Positions 26,091 through 33,562 of a stretch of DNA of 33,562 nt are shown here, piece by piece. The DNA comes from a virus. Taxonomy: Duplodnaviria; Caudoviricetes. The stretch spans positions 1-33,562 of the IMG/VR virus record IMGVR_UViG_3300022879_000009; one strand, 5' to 3'. Every line of letters begins with the position of its first letter. Positions within the stretch are counted from its first letter, which is position 1. The notes under the pieces are model-generated. The model was given only the letters and a program-made list of their open reading frames with translations, had not been told where the DNA came from and did not search any database. The translations under genes and the position numbers were made by a program.

Positions 26091-27275
26091 TCAATCTATA
26101 CCCAAGTGAATTTTAGGTAATTTAGCATAAAAATTATTACTATTTGCGATAAACATTTCTAGTGATTTCTCTATAATTCTTATGTCTTCTTTAGCTAGCC
26201 CTAAGTAAAAAGTAGAAAACTCATTTAAGGAACCTTTTTCTTCTTTTATCTTTTCTAAGATAACAAGCGCTAAGTCGTTATTCCCTTTTCTAATTGCAAG
26301 GAAAGCTTGCTCAGGAAGATCAAGATCTCCATATAAACCATTTAAATCTTTACTATGGTAGATTTTCAAGAAGTTAAGCGTTCTTTCAATCGCTCTTTTC
26401 TTCCTTTGAATTTCCTCATTAAACGAACTCTCCAGAACATGTAACGCTTGTTCAAAATGAAACTTTGATTGCGTGTAATTTTCAAAGATATAAGACTCTG
26501 CAATATTATAATGAGCATTGGCCTTTTGAATTTTGAAATTTGGTTCGCTACTACATATTTCTAATAATTCGAATGAGTTTTCACGTGTCTCTAACACTTT
26601 AGCATCCATCAATAAAACAGCATTCATCCCTTCTTTTAACCTTATAGAAAAACTCGTACGAAGGAACTTATTTGTAACCTTAGACAATCTTTTTTCAATC
26701 TTCTTCATTCGTTTAAGTAACATTCTATAATCACGTAGTTGGTATGCCGTTTGACATCTAAGGATATCAATTAAAACTTCCATCTCTTTGCTACTTGTCT
26801 CAAAACGCTTTTCCTCTAACAATTCATCAAAATCTTCTAGACTAAATTTTTCTCTTTCTGTATTCCTGCGATAAATTAATTCGTATACACCAATCCATTC
26901 TTCATCTTTTCCAGAAGTATACTTCTCTTCATTTTTCTCTTTTTCTTTTCTTTTTGTCTCAACTCGTTCTTTCTCTTTAGATATCAATCCATGTAACATT
27001 TCGAACTCTCCGCGGAACGAAAAATATTCCATTGCTTCTTTGATATTTTCCGGCTTCGCAAATTGTAAATACTTTTGGACAAGATCTCTTCTTAATACAT
27101 GATCTTCGTATAAACGTATTAAGGTTTTCGATAAAAAACAAAAACTAATTTGTGTATGGCCATTGAAAACCCTTGAAACATTACTTGGTGACACTCCCCA
27201 TATTTCCGACAACGCCTCGTTAGTAATTCCTGCTGCATATAAATCATTATGAAGCTTGTTCATTAACGCTTGCAT
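26091..27275 (-). CDS. aimR: Arbitrium receptor AimR (HTH + TPR, RRNPP family)
   Basis: 394 aa; N-terminal HTH, AMEY motif, helical repeats, C-terminal FYAKLP; directly upstream of the peptide gene. Confidence 0.92.
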   Translation of the reverse strand: MQALMNKLHNDLYAAGITNEALSEIWGVSPSNVSRVFNGHTQISFCFLSKTLIRLYEDHVLRRDLVQKYLQFAKPENIKEAMEYFSFRGEFEMLHGLISKEKERVETKRKEKEKNEEKYTSGKDEEWIGVYELIYRRNTEREKFSLEDFDELLEEKRFETSSKEMEVLIDILRCQTAYQLRDYRMLLKRMKKIEKRLSKVTNKFLRTSFSIRLKEGMNAVLLMDAKVLETRENSFELLEICSSEPNFKIQKANAHYNIAESYIFENYTQSKFHFEQALHVLESSFNEEIQRKKRAIERTLNFLKIYHSKDLNGLYGDLDLPEQAFLAIRKGNNDLALVILEKIKEEKGSLNEFSTFYLGLAKEDIRIIEKSLEMFIANSNNFYAKLPKIHLGID

Positions 27276-27670
27276 TAACTTTTGTCCCCCTTATTGGACA
27301 AAAAAGACACGTTACCCCTAGGTTTTTACATTTACAGGAAAACGTGTCAATATATCTAGGTTGTGTGTTATAATTATGTATGAGACTTATGACAAGTGTT
27401 TTCCCTAGCTGGCTTAGGGAGGACGGTGTAAGAGTGTTACCAGCACTACTTACACAGTTGTAGGTCTTTTTTTACGTCCGTTTTTTTGTTACTTTCATAA
27501 TACCACAACTTTCCCAACATTCAGTCATACGATTATCAGACAATTGTTGAGAAAGTTTAAGAAACGCTATATATCAACGTTTCTCATGTTTTACGGAATA
27601 AAATATGCAATTGTGCATTTAGACGTTTTAAGAACCCATATGCATATTTTACCACTATTCACTCAAAAAG

Positions 27671-27684
27671 AGAACATAGGTTCT
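27671..27684. promoter_or_regulatory. Candidate LexA (DinR) box
   Basis: AGAAC-ATAG-GTTCT matches GAAC-N4-GTTC. Confidence 0.5.
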
Positions 27685-27786
27685 TGTTTTTATTTTTAGT
27701 AAGATTAATAATTTATCATTATGCTACATTTGACAATAAATCTATCATTTATAGTATATCGATATTCTTATAACTATACTTATAGT

Positions 27787-28131
27787 ATGAAAACTTTAGG
27801 TGAAACTTTAAAAAAACTTAGAAAAAGTCGTTCGTTAAGACAAGCGGATTTAGCTCATGATCTAAATCTTAGTAGAAGCCAGATCAACAATTACGAAAAT
27901 GGTTTTTCTGAACCCGACCTAACGACAATGTTTCGTCTCGCCTCCTATTTCAATGTAACGTTAGACGTGCTTACCGGACGCACTGACGCTACAGATGATG
28001 AAATGCTACATAATACTCTCAATGGTGTTCAAAAAACGTATGGAGCGTTATCTGAAAGTCAAAGAGAGAGTTTCTGCAAACACCTTGACCATTATGTGAG
28101 ATTCTTAGGTGAGAATAATGAAATATTGTGA
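27787..28131 (+). CDS. XRE-family regulator
   Basis: MKTLGETLKKLRK..QADLA..INNYENGFSEPD; no SD sequence, possibly leaderless. Confidence 0.9.
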   Translation: MKTLGETLKKLRKSRSLRQADLAHDLNLSRSQINNYENGFSEPDLTTMFRLASYFNVTLDVLTGRTDATDDEMLHNTLNGVQKTYGALSESQRESFCKHLDHYVRFLGENNEIL

Positions 28132-28322
28132 TTCGATTTCATTTTAGAAGAAATCTTTTCCATTTACCAGTGGTAAAATTTGACATAATTTGACCATTCT
28201 TACCATCGAGGGCTTCGGCTCTCTTTTTTTATTCTCTTTCGACAAAATGCGACAAAATAGTTGTAACTGGATTTGTTATGCTTTCTATAAATCTTACAAT
28301 TTTACATACTTGGAGGAACATC

Positions 28323-28811
28323 ATGTTAAAAAAAATAACTACTCTTATAACTTGTGGGGCAATTGCAATATCATTGACTGCGTGTGGATCTCAAGAAAAA
28401 CAAACTACACAAGCTGATACACCTAAACAAGAAGAAAAACCAAAAGAAAATAAACCGGCTCAAAAAGAGTTGAATGATACGATGAAAAAAGAAGCGGTTA
28501 AAGGTGACTTTGTAGAGTTAAATAGCGATAACCCACCTAAAGATAAGAAGTTATTCTTAGAAGGTGAGATTAACAGTATTCAATCAAAGACTGGAGAAAA
28601 AGAATTACAAACATCGGACTATTTCATGTTAAAAACACAAGAAGAGACAGGTATTGGTATATTTAAAGTAATGAACGGTGATATAGAAAATACGAAGAAA
28701 GAACACTTCAAAGCTGGTGATAAAGTTCGTATATATGGGGTTTATATGGAAAAAGATATAACTTCCGGGATGCCTGTAATTGCATCGACTATTATAGAAA
28801 AGGTCCAATAA
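28323..28811 (+). CDS. Lipoprotein (OB-fold-like; candidate superinfection exclusion)
   Basis: RBS GGAGG, lipobox LTAC, flanked by terminators at 28208-28230 and 28815-28845. Confidence 0.85.
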   Translation: MLKKITTLITCGAIAISLTACGSQEKQTTQADTPKQEEKPKENKPAQKELNDTMKKEAVKGDFVELNSDNPPKDKKLFLEGEINSIQSKTGEKELQTSDYFMLKTQEETGIGIFKVMNGDIENTKKEHFKAGDKVRIYGVYMEKDITSGMPVIASTIIEKVQ

Positions 28812-28924
28812 AAAAAGACACTCAATTCGAGTGTCTTCTCTTTTTGTCTTCTTTTTTCAACAATCTTCTGTTAAGATTGAGGGTAGATACATAGATTTTT
28901 AAATAACTAACTTTTATATAAAAT

Positions 28925-29130
28925 AAAAAAACCCCGGCACAGTTTTTAGATGGTTCAAGGTTGGTCGCCAGAACACCATTTAAAAACTCCAAAAGCAGAG
29001 GTTTTGTAGATTACGTCATTAAGTTGTTGCTATCTATATTGATAGTATCATAACTTCAAAAAAACGTAAATACAAATCCTCTACTTTCCTATACCCAATT
29101 TTAAGCCGGGGAGGAAAATGGAGGATTTTT
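28925..29130. promoter_or_regulatory. Structured rep leader with probable counter-transcript
   Basis: Stem 28941-28988 with TTGGTCGCC loop; alternative pairings with the RBS region; minus-strand TG-TACTAT promoter near 29045. Confidence 0.55.
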
Positions 29131-29132
29131 TC

Positions 29133-30164
29133 ATGTCAAAAAACAACAACCAAGACTCATTTAAAGTCAAAAGTAGAAAGAAAAACAGATTCACTCAAAT
29201 AGATAACGAAATTTTAGATTGCATTACATTTGATTACGCAATAGATAAACTTGTTTATATCGTACTAGAAAGATTTAACTTCTACGATGAGACTAGTACG
29301 GTTAAACCATCAATCGGAACAATTGCAGCTATGTGCGCTACAAAAAGTAAAAATACAATTCGTGATTCGATAAGACGTTTAGTTGATATGGACCTAGTAG
29401 AAGTTGAAGAAGGCGGTAAAAAAGCTAACGGCGAGTATCACCCTAACACCTACTGGCTTTTAGAAATACCTGAAACTATACGTTATAACTCTATTGATAA
29501 TGAAGTTGCTGTAGAGAAGAAGCGCCAACGTGATAGAGAACGCAAGGACACTAAGAAGCTTATGAAAGAAGAAAATAAGAAAATCGTTAAGGGTAGTTCA
29601 AAAAATGAACCACCTGAAAATAACGAAAAGGGTAGTTCAAAAAATGAACTAGGTAGTTCAAAAAATGAACTAGGTGGTTCAAATTTTGAAGGTAATAATA
29701 ATACTTCTTTTAATACTTCTTTTAATACTTATATAAGTAGTAGTAGTAATGCTATTAATTATTATAAAGAATCTAAAGGTATTAAAAGGATTTCTAAAGA
29801 CGAAAGAACTCAAATAGAACAGTGGGTTTCTACATTAGGTGAACACGGGCATGCATTATTCATTGAAGCTATTAGAATAGCAATTAAAGCGGATAAGGTT
29901 GAGTTGCGATATATAGAAGGTATTTTAAATAAATGGCATGAATTCGGTGTTAAACAAGTTGAAGACATTGACGCGTATACAGAAGACTTCAAACGAAAGC
30001 AGCAAGAAAAGAATACTCGATCTAACGGTAGAAAGATAATTCGTAAAGAACCAGTACCTGAGTGGAAGAATGCTCCTGAAGAAGATTTAAATAATCAAAC
30101 AGAAAATAATATTGAAGCCGAAAAGAAATTTGAAGCGATAATGAAACAATATAAAAGAGCATAG
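29133..30164 (+). CDS. Plasmid-state replication initiator (wHTH + DnaD-like C-terminal domain)
   Basis: RFTQIDN..PSIGTIA..SKNTIRDSIRRL; LRYIEGILNKW; internal iterons; adjacent to parM. Confidence 0.88.
   Translation: MSKNNNQDSFKVKSRKKNRFTQIDNEILDCITFDYAIDKLVYIVLERFNFYDETSTVKPSIGTIAAMCATKSKNTIRDSIRRLVDMDLVEVEEGGKKANGEYHPNTYWLLEIPETIRYNSIDNEVAVEKKRQRDRERKDTKKLMKEENKKIVKGSSKNEPPENNEKGSSKNELGSSKNELGGSNFEGNNNTSFNTSFNTYISSSSNAINYYKESKGIKRISKDERTQIEQWVSTLGEHGHALFIEAIRIAIKADKVELRYIEGILNKWHEFGVKQVEDIDAYTEDFKRKQQEKNTRSNGRKIIRKEPVPEWKNAPEEDLNNQTENNIEAEKKFEAIMKQYKRA
29592..29730. repeat. Plasmid origin: 4 iterons plus AT-rich 12-mers
   Basis: GGTAGTTCAAAAAATGAAC at 29592, 29631 and 29652, variant at 29673; TAATACTTCTTT x2 plus a partial third from 29699. 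Confidence 0.8.
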
Positions 30165-30288
30165 GTTATTTTTGGATAACCTTTTATCTATAAAATTTCA
30201 CATACCATATGTGTTGTGAAAAAGAGATTTTTTCGGTTCATAGGGGATTTTAACGAATCTTAGGGAGGACAAGCCTATGTCTTCCCTA

Positions 30289-30460
30289 CCTCGCAATATG
30301 CGTTTTTGTAGATATTGCGAAGCCTTTGCGAAGACATGCGACCTCGCAAAATGACGATCAATGATTAACCAATGATTAATTTATCGTTTTTGGTATATTT
30401 CATTGAATTGAAACGTAAGTATCTGTTAGAATCAAAATTATCAATGATTAACCATTGGTT
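30289..30460 (+). repeat. parC-like repeats and par promoter
   Basis: CAATGATTAA at 30359, 30370 and 30442 flanking TTGAAT-N18-TAGAAT; TGCGA repeats with ~11-bp period at 30316-30341. Confidence 0.65.
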
Positions 30461-30471
30461 TTGAAAGGGGA

Positions 30472-31509
30472 ATGTATATGTTATTAGGAAATCCATATGC
30501 GATTGACTTAGGAAATGGCTTTACAAAGCGAGCTTCCAAGAAGAATAAAGATCTAGAAGCGGCTGTTATTACAGAATTATCGGTGTTAGCGCCTGTTGAT
30601 GATTACTACAATGAAGCTGAATTCACAAAAATCGAATTAACAAACACTGACTTTTCATACTACATAGGGGAGGAAGCAAGAAAATCTAAACTTCCACTTG
30701 TGCGTGCTTTAGGAGAGAACAAAGCAAAACGTTACGAGGACCCAACATTTAAGAAACAGTTATTCGGATTCATTGCGAAAGACTTCAAAAAGAACGTTAC
30801 GATTCCATTACTTGTTACTGGCCTTCCGGTATCTCATTTTGGTAATCAACGTGAGTCATTGCAAAAAGTAGCTATGGAAGAAACTGCTGTTAAAGTAAAC
30901 GGCGAATTAATCACAATCAAAGTAAAACAGTGTTTAGTGATCCCGCAACCAGTAGGAACACAATACTACTTAGTTAAGAAAGAAATTATTAAAAAAGAAG
31001 ATCGTATTCTTATCATTGATGGTGGATTTGGTACATTTGATGTGACGGATATGTCTGGTAACGCTGTTATTGATCGCTTAGGAACTGAATTAGGTTGCGA
31101 AAAAGCATTCATGACTATTGAACAAATCGTTCGCGATAACATTGGTGAAACTCCTGATTTAAGTGTTTCGAACATGCACTATATCCTTGAGAATGGTTAT
31201 AAGTATAACGGCTCTCTATATGACTTATACACTCACAAAGACGTAGCAGAAAAGGTTGATGCTGAACTACAACGTCATTTTGAAGCAGCACTTCGTGAAG
31301 TTTCTCAAAAATTTAATTTAGCGGTTTACGATAAAATTGTATGGACTGGTGGAATGGCTGCGCTTCATAAAAAGCGTATCGAAAAGAAAAAAGAGCAATT
31401 CCCAACATTTGCGGTTCTAGAAAATGGTCAAGAAGCTAACCTATTAGGATACTACTATTTAGGATGTGATGTCTTTGACAAACTTACAAAAGAAAAAGCT
31501 TCAAATTGA
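30472..31509 (+). CDS. parM: ParM/StbA-family actin-like segregation ATPase
   Basis: IDLGNGFTK, LVTGLP, VIPQP, IIDGGFGTFD, WTGG, ANLLGY actin-fold motifs. Confidence 0.93.
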   Translation: MYMLLGNPYAIDLGNGFTKRASKKNKDLEAAVITELSVLAPVDDYYNEAEFTKIELTNTDFSYYIGEEARKSKLPLVRALGENKAKRYEDPTFKKQLFGFIAKDFKKNVTIPLLVTGLPVSHFGNQRESLQKVAMEETAVKVNGELITIKVKQCLVIPQPVGTQYYLVKKEIIKKEDRILIIDGGFGTFDVTDMSGNAVIDRLGTELGCEKAFMTIEQIVRDNIGETPDLSVSNMHYILENGYKYNGSLYDLYTHKDVAEKVDAELQRHFEAALREVSQKFNLAVYDKIVWTGGMAALHKKRIEKKKEQFPTFAVLENGQEANLLGYYYLGCDVFDKLTKEKASN

Positions 31510-31801
31510 GCTTAACCCTAACAATGACAAGGTCCTTTACAACTTTGTAACTCGTTTAGAGGAACAAGGGAAAGGGCAAAAAGGTTACGTAAATAAGCAG
31601 ATTAAAAAACGATTAGAAATGTACCAAGTACTCGCTGAAGTTGCTGGCGAAGAAGATCCACTTCAATTGGTTAAGAAGTTATTAATCAATATAAATACTC
31701 ACGGCATACAGAATGACGCAGGAGAAGACGAAAAGCCTTCTGAAGATGTCGTTGATAATGCTATGGATTTACTTAACAGTATTGGTAATGGTAACTGGTA
31801 A
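31469..31801 (+). CDS. Probable ParR-like adaptor
   Basis: Small ORF overlapping the parM end; acidic C-terminal tail. Confidence 0.7.
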   Translation: MSLTNLQKKKLQIELNPNNDKVLYNFVTRLEEQGKGQKGYVNKQIKKRLEMYQVLAEVAGEEDPLQLVKKLLININTHGIQNDAGEDEKPSEDVVDNAMDLLNSIGNGNW

Positions 31802-31931
31802 ATGATTATTTAAGAAAAATATAACCTTCTTCCTCTCTCTTAACCGTTTTTCATGGAATAATGGAATTATGGAAAAGTGTCCCTGAGATAAATAAGAGGG
31901 AGGAGGTTAATTTTCGAAAGAGGGGAGCATC

Positions 31932-32312
31932 ATGAGCAATGTTAACCCTATGTTTGAACCTCGAAAACAATCTACTACAATAACAAACCAACAACCTCGT
32001 AAAACGCGTTCTGATAAAAAGAAAGATGTAAAAATCCCCGTAAATGAAATACAAAGACAACTAATAAGGTCCTCAGCATTCAAAGAAGGAATAACCACTA
32101 CGCAATATATGTCCAAATTAATCACAGAACACCTCAGAATTGATTATATAAGCGAAATACATGCATACGAATATAAAGACACTAAAAAGTACATCCATGC
32201 GAAATTGGAGCAGGAAACACATTCTAAACTTGTCCAATTAGCGATTGAATGGGGAGTTTCACAAAGAGCTGCAGCAACACGTATTTTATGTTTTGCATTA
32301 CGCACAATGTGA
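31932..32312 (+). CDS. Hypothetical DNA-binding protein (tandem RHH-like)
   Basis: RKTRSDKK then two beta-helix-helix-like units. Confidence 0.7.
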   Translation: MSNVNPMFEPRKQSTTITNQQPRKTRSDKKKDVKIPVNEIQRQLIRSSAFKEGITTTQYMSKLITEHLRIDYISEIHAYEYKDTKKYIHAKLEQETHSKLVQLAIEWGVSQRAAATRILCFALRTM

Positions 32313-32323
32313 GAGGTGACAGC

Positions 32324-32854
32324 ATGTACAGTAAATACGATGTGATGACAAAAGAAATACAACTTATGAGCGCTAGTAATTGGTGGGAACGAACTAAGAT
32401 CGAATGGAAATTAAAAGAGAAGTATCGATTTGAAGTGAAGATGCTCAAAATTTACTTATTCAGGATGAACATCATTATCGAAGATATGGAAGAGGAAGAT
32501 TACGAGTGTAACACTAGTGATCTAGCTGAGATACTTGTTGAGGATTTCCTTGAACATATAAGGTCTAAGAATAGTATGGAGCAGCTGTATCAAATTCTAG
32601 AGAGTAAGAAGCACTATACAGATTATGAACTAGAATTTAATGAAAATGATGAACGATATGGAACAATTGAGGTGAAAATTGATAGAAGGACATTGAGACG
32701 GATTGAAGTGTTTTTCTCTGATATGGCTCATTCATTCCCTCTACACGGTTACACAGCAGATAAACTGATTAATATTCTTATGTGTGATTACATGAAGTAT
32801 TATGCAGAAGAACCAGGAAAGAAACTCTCCTTACTGAAAAGACGTTTTTCGTAA
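32324..32854 (+). CDS. Hypothetical protein
   Basis: RBS GAGGTGA before ATG at 32324. Confidence 0.75.
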   Translation: MYSKYDVMTKEIQLMSASNWWERTKIEWKLKEKYRFEVKMLKIYLFRMNIIIEDMEEEDYECNTSDLAEILVEDFLEHIRSKNSMEQLYQILESKKHYTDYELEFNENDERYGTIEVKIDRRTLRRIEVFFSDMAHSFPLHGYTADKLINILMCDYMKYYAEEPGKKLSLLKRRFS

Positions 32855-32875
32855 AATATTGTCGTTCATGCACCA

Positions 32876-32917
32876 TTTTTAGGCCCCTATTTTTAGGCCC
32901 CTATTTTTAGGGGTTTA
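32876..32917. repeat. 14-bp tandem repeat
   Basis: TTTTTAGGCCCCTA x2 plus TTTTTAGGGGTTTA. Confidence 0.7.
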
Positions 32918-32965
32918 TTTTTTGTGTATTTAGGCAATTACTATAGATAACAATTTTCATAGGGA

Positions 32966-33199
32966 GTGAGAATGGTGTGGAGATTCCGTTCTAAGAGGAC
33001 ACCACTAGGTAAATTTCTAGACAAACATAGAATTGAACAAGAATGGTTAGTTAGAAAATCAGGGTTAGGAAGAAATACTGTAGGTGATTTAGCTAATAAT
33101 CATGATAGATCGCCAACAAGGAAGACAATGCAGAAGATATTGAAGGTATTAAGGGAATTTGATTCAAGGGTTAAAGCTGATGATTTTTGGGATATGTAA
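32966..33199 (+). CDS. Small XRE-like HTH protein
   Basis: QEWLVRKSGLGRNTVGDLAN. Confidence 0.8.
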   Translation: MRMVWRFRSKRTPLGKFLDKHRIEQEWLVRKSGLGRNTVGDLANNHDRSPTRKTMQKILKVLREFDSRVKADDFWDM

Positions 33200-33201
33200 A
33201 T

Positions 33202-33231
33202 AAATAGGCCGCCCAATAGGACGGCTTATTT
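33202..33231. terminator. Bidirectional terminator
   Basis: AAATAGGCCG..CGGCTTATTT between convergent genes. Confidence 0.75.
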
Positions 33232-33562
33232 TTATTTAACCTCATACCACCAGCCTTTGCGATCAAGGTATCCTTTCATTCCGTTAAGTTGCGCATCTGA
33301 TGTTGGCTCCGTAACAAAATACGTTAATCCATCAGATTGTAAGATAAAATTAGCTGTCATTTTAACTGAATTTAGAGCACCCATAACCTCAGGGACTTCA
33401 TGTGGTGAAAAAGCTCCTGATTGGATGATATTTTGTTTAGATGATGTCGGTGCTACATCCCCATTACCACCAGCAGCTTGTCCCGTTAGAGCATAAACAA
33501 TTGAATTAGCAATATTATCTACGTTCCACTTCGCCATATCTGCTTCATTATCGATAAAGCCT
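33232..33562 (-). CDS. Endolysin (N-acetylmuramoyl-L-alanine amidase), C-terminal part
   Basis: FIDNEAD end of an amidase_3 domain plus a B. cereus-type wall-binding domain ending YLDRKGWWYEVK. Confidence 0.9.
   Translation of the reverse strand, partial: GFIDNEADMAKWNVDNIANSIVYALTGQAAGGNGDVAPTSSKQNIIQSGAFSPHEVPEVMGALNSVKMTANFILQSDGLTYFVTEPTSDAQLNGMKGYLDRKGWWYEVK

Noticed and set aside
26091-27275. Rap phosphatase / PlcR / NprR
   Set aside because: Position at the lysogeny switch and the PGGGGW peptide fit AimR/AimP better.
29592-29691. Mini-CRISPR
   Set aside because: In-frame repeats with 2-20 nt gaps inside rep; these are iterons.

Overview
About 33.5 kb of a temperate siphovirus of the Bacillus cereus group (host inferred from protein families, low GC, SigH/LexA/dif-like motifs and the endolysin type). 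It appears to be a phage-plasmid. Reading the minus strand from right to left: endolysin 3' end; a plus-strand plasmid module (Rep with internal iterons and a probable antisense-controlled leader, an actin-like ParM with a probable adaptor and parC-like repeats) where an integrase would normally sit; a lipoprotein and an XRE regulator; a complete arbitrium cassette (aimR, an unannotated aimP encoding MMTDPGGGGW, and an unannotated 49-aa aimX candidate convergent on the repressor); a repressor/cro switch with GTTCAC-N5-GTGAAC operators; an antirepressor; Gp157/ERF recombination genes; a lytic replication initiator with a DnaC-like loader; small accessory genes (three repeat-HTH paralogs, YopX, NrdH-like, dUTPase, RusA); an ArpU late activator; an ~830-nt non-coding array of hairpins; morons and a dif-like Xer site; then terminase, portal, a frameshifted minor head gene, scaffold, capsid, head-tail and tail genes with a -1 frameshift chaperone, and the start of the tape measure gene. 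The least explained signals are RNA-level: the hairpin array, a ~270-nt structured element in the early operon, and probable antisense RNAs facing the aimR and rep leaders. All structures were paired by eye and no database search was run.
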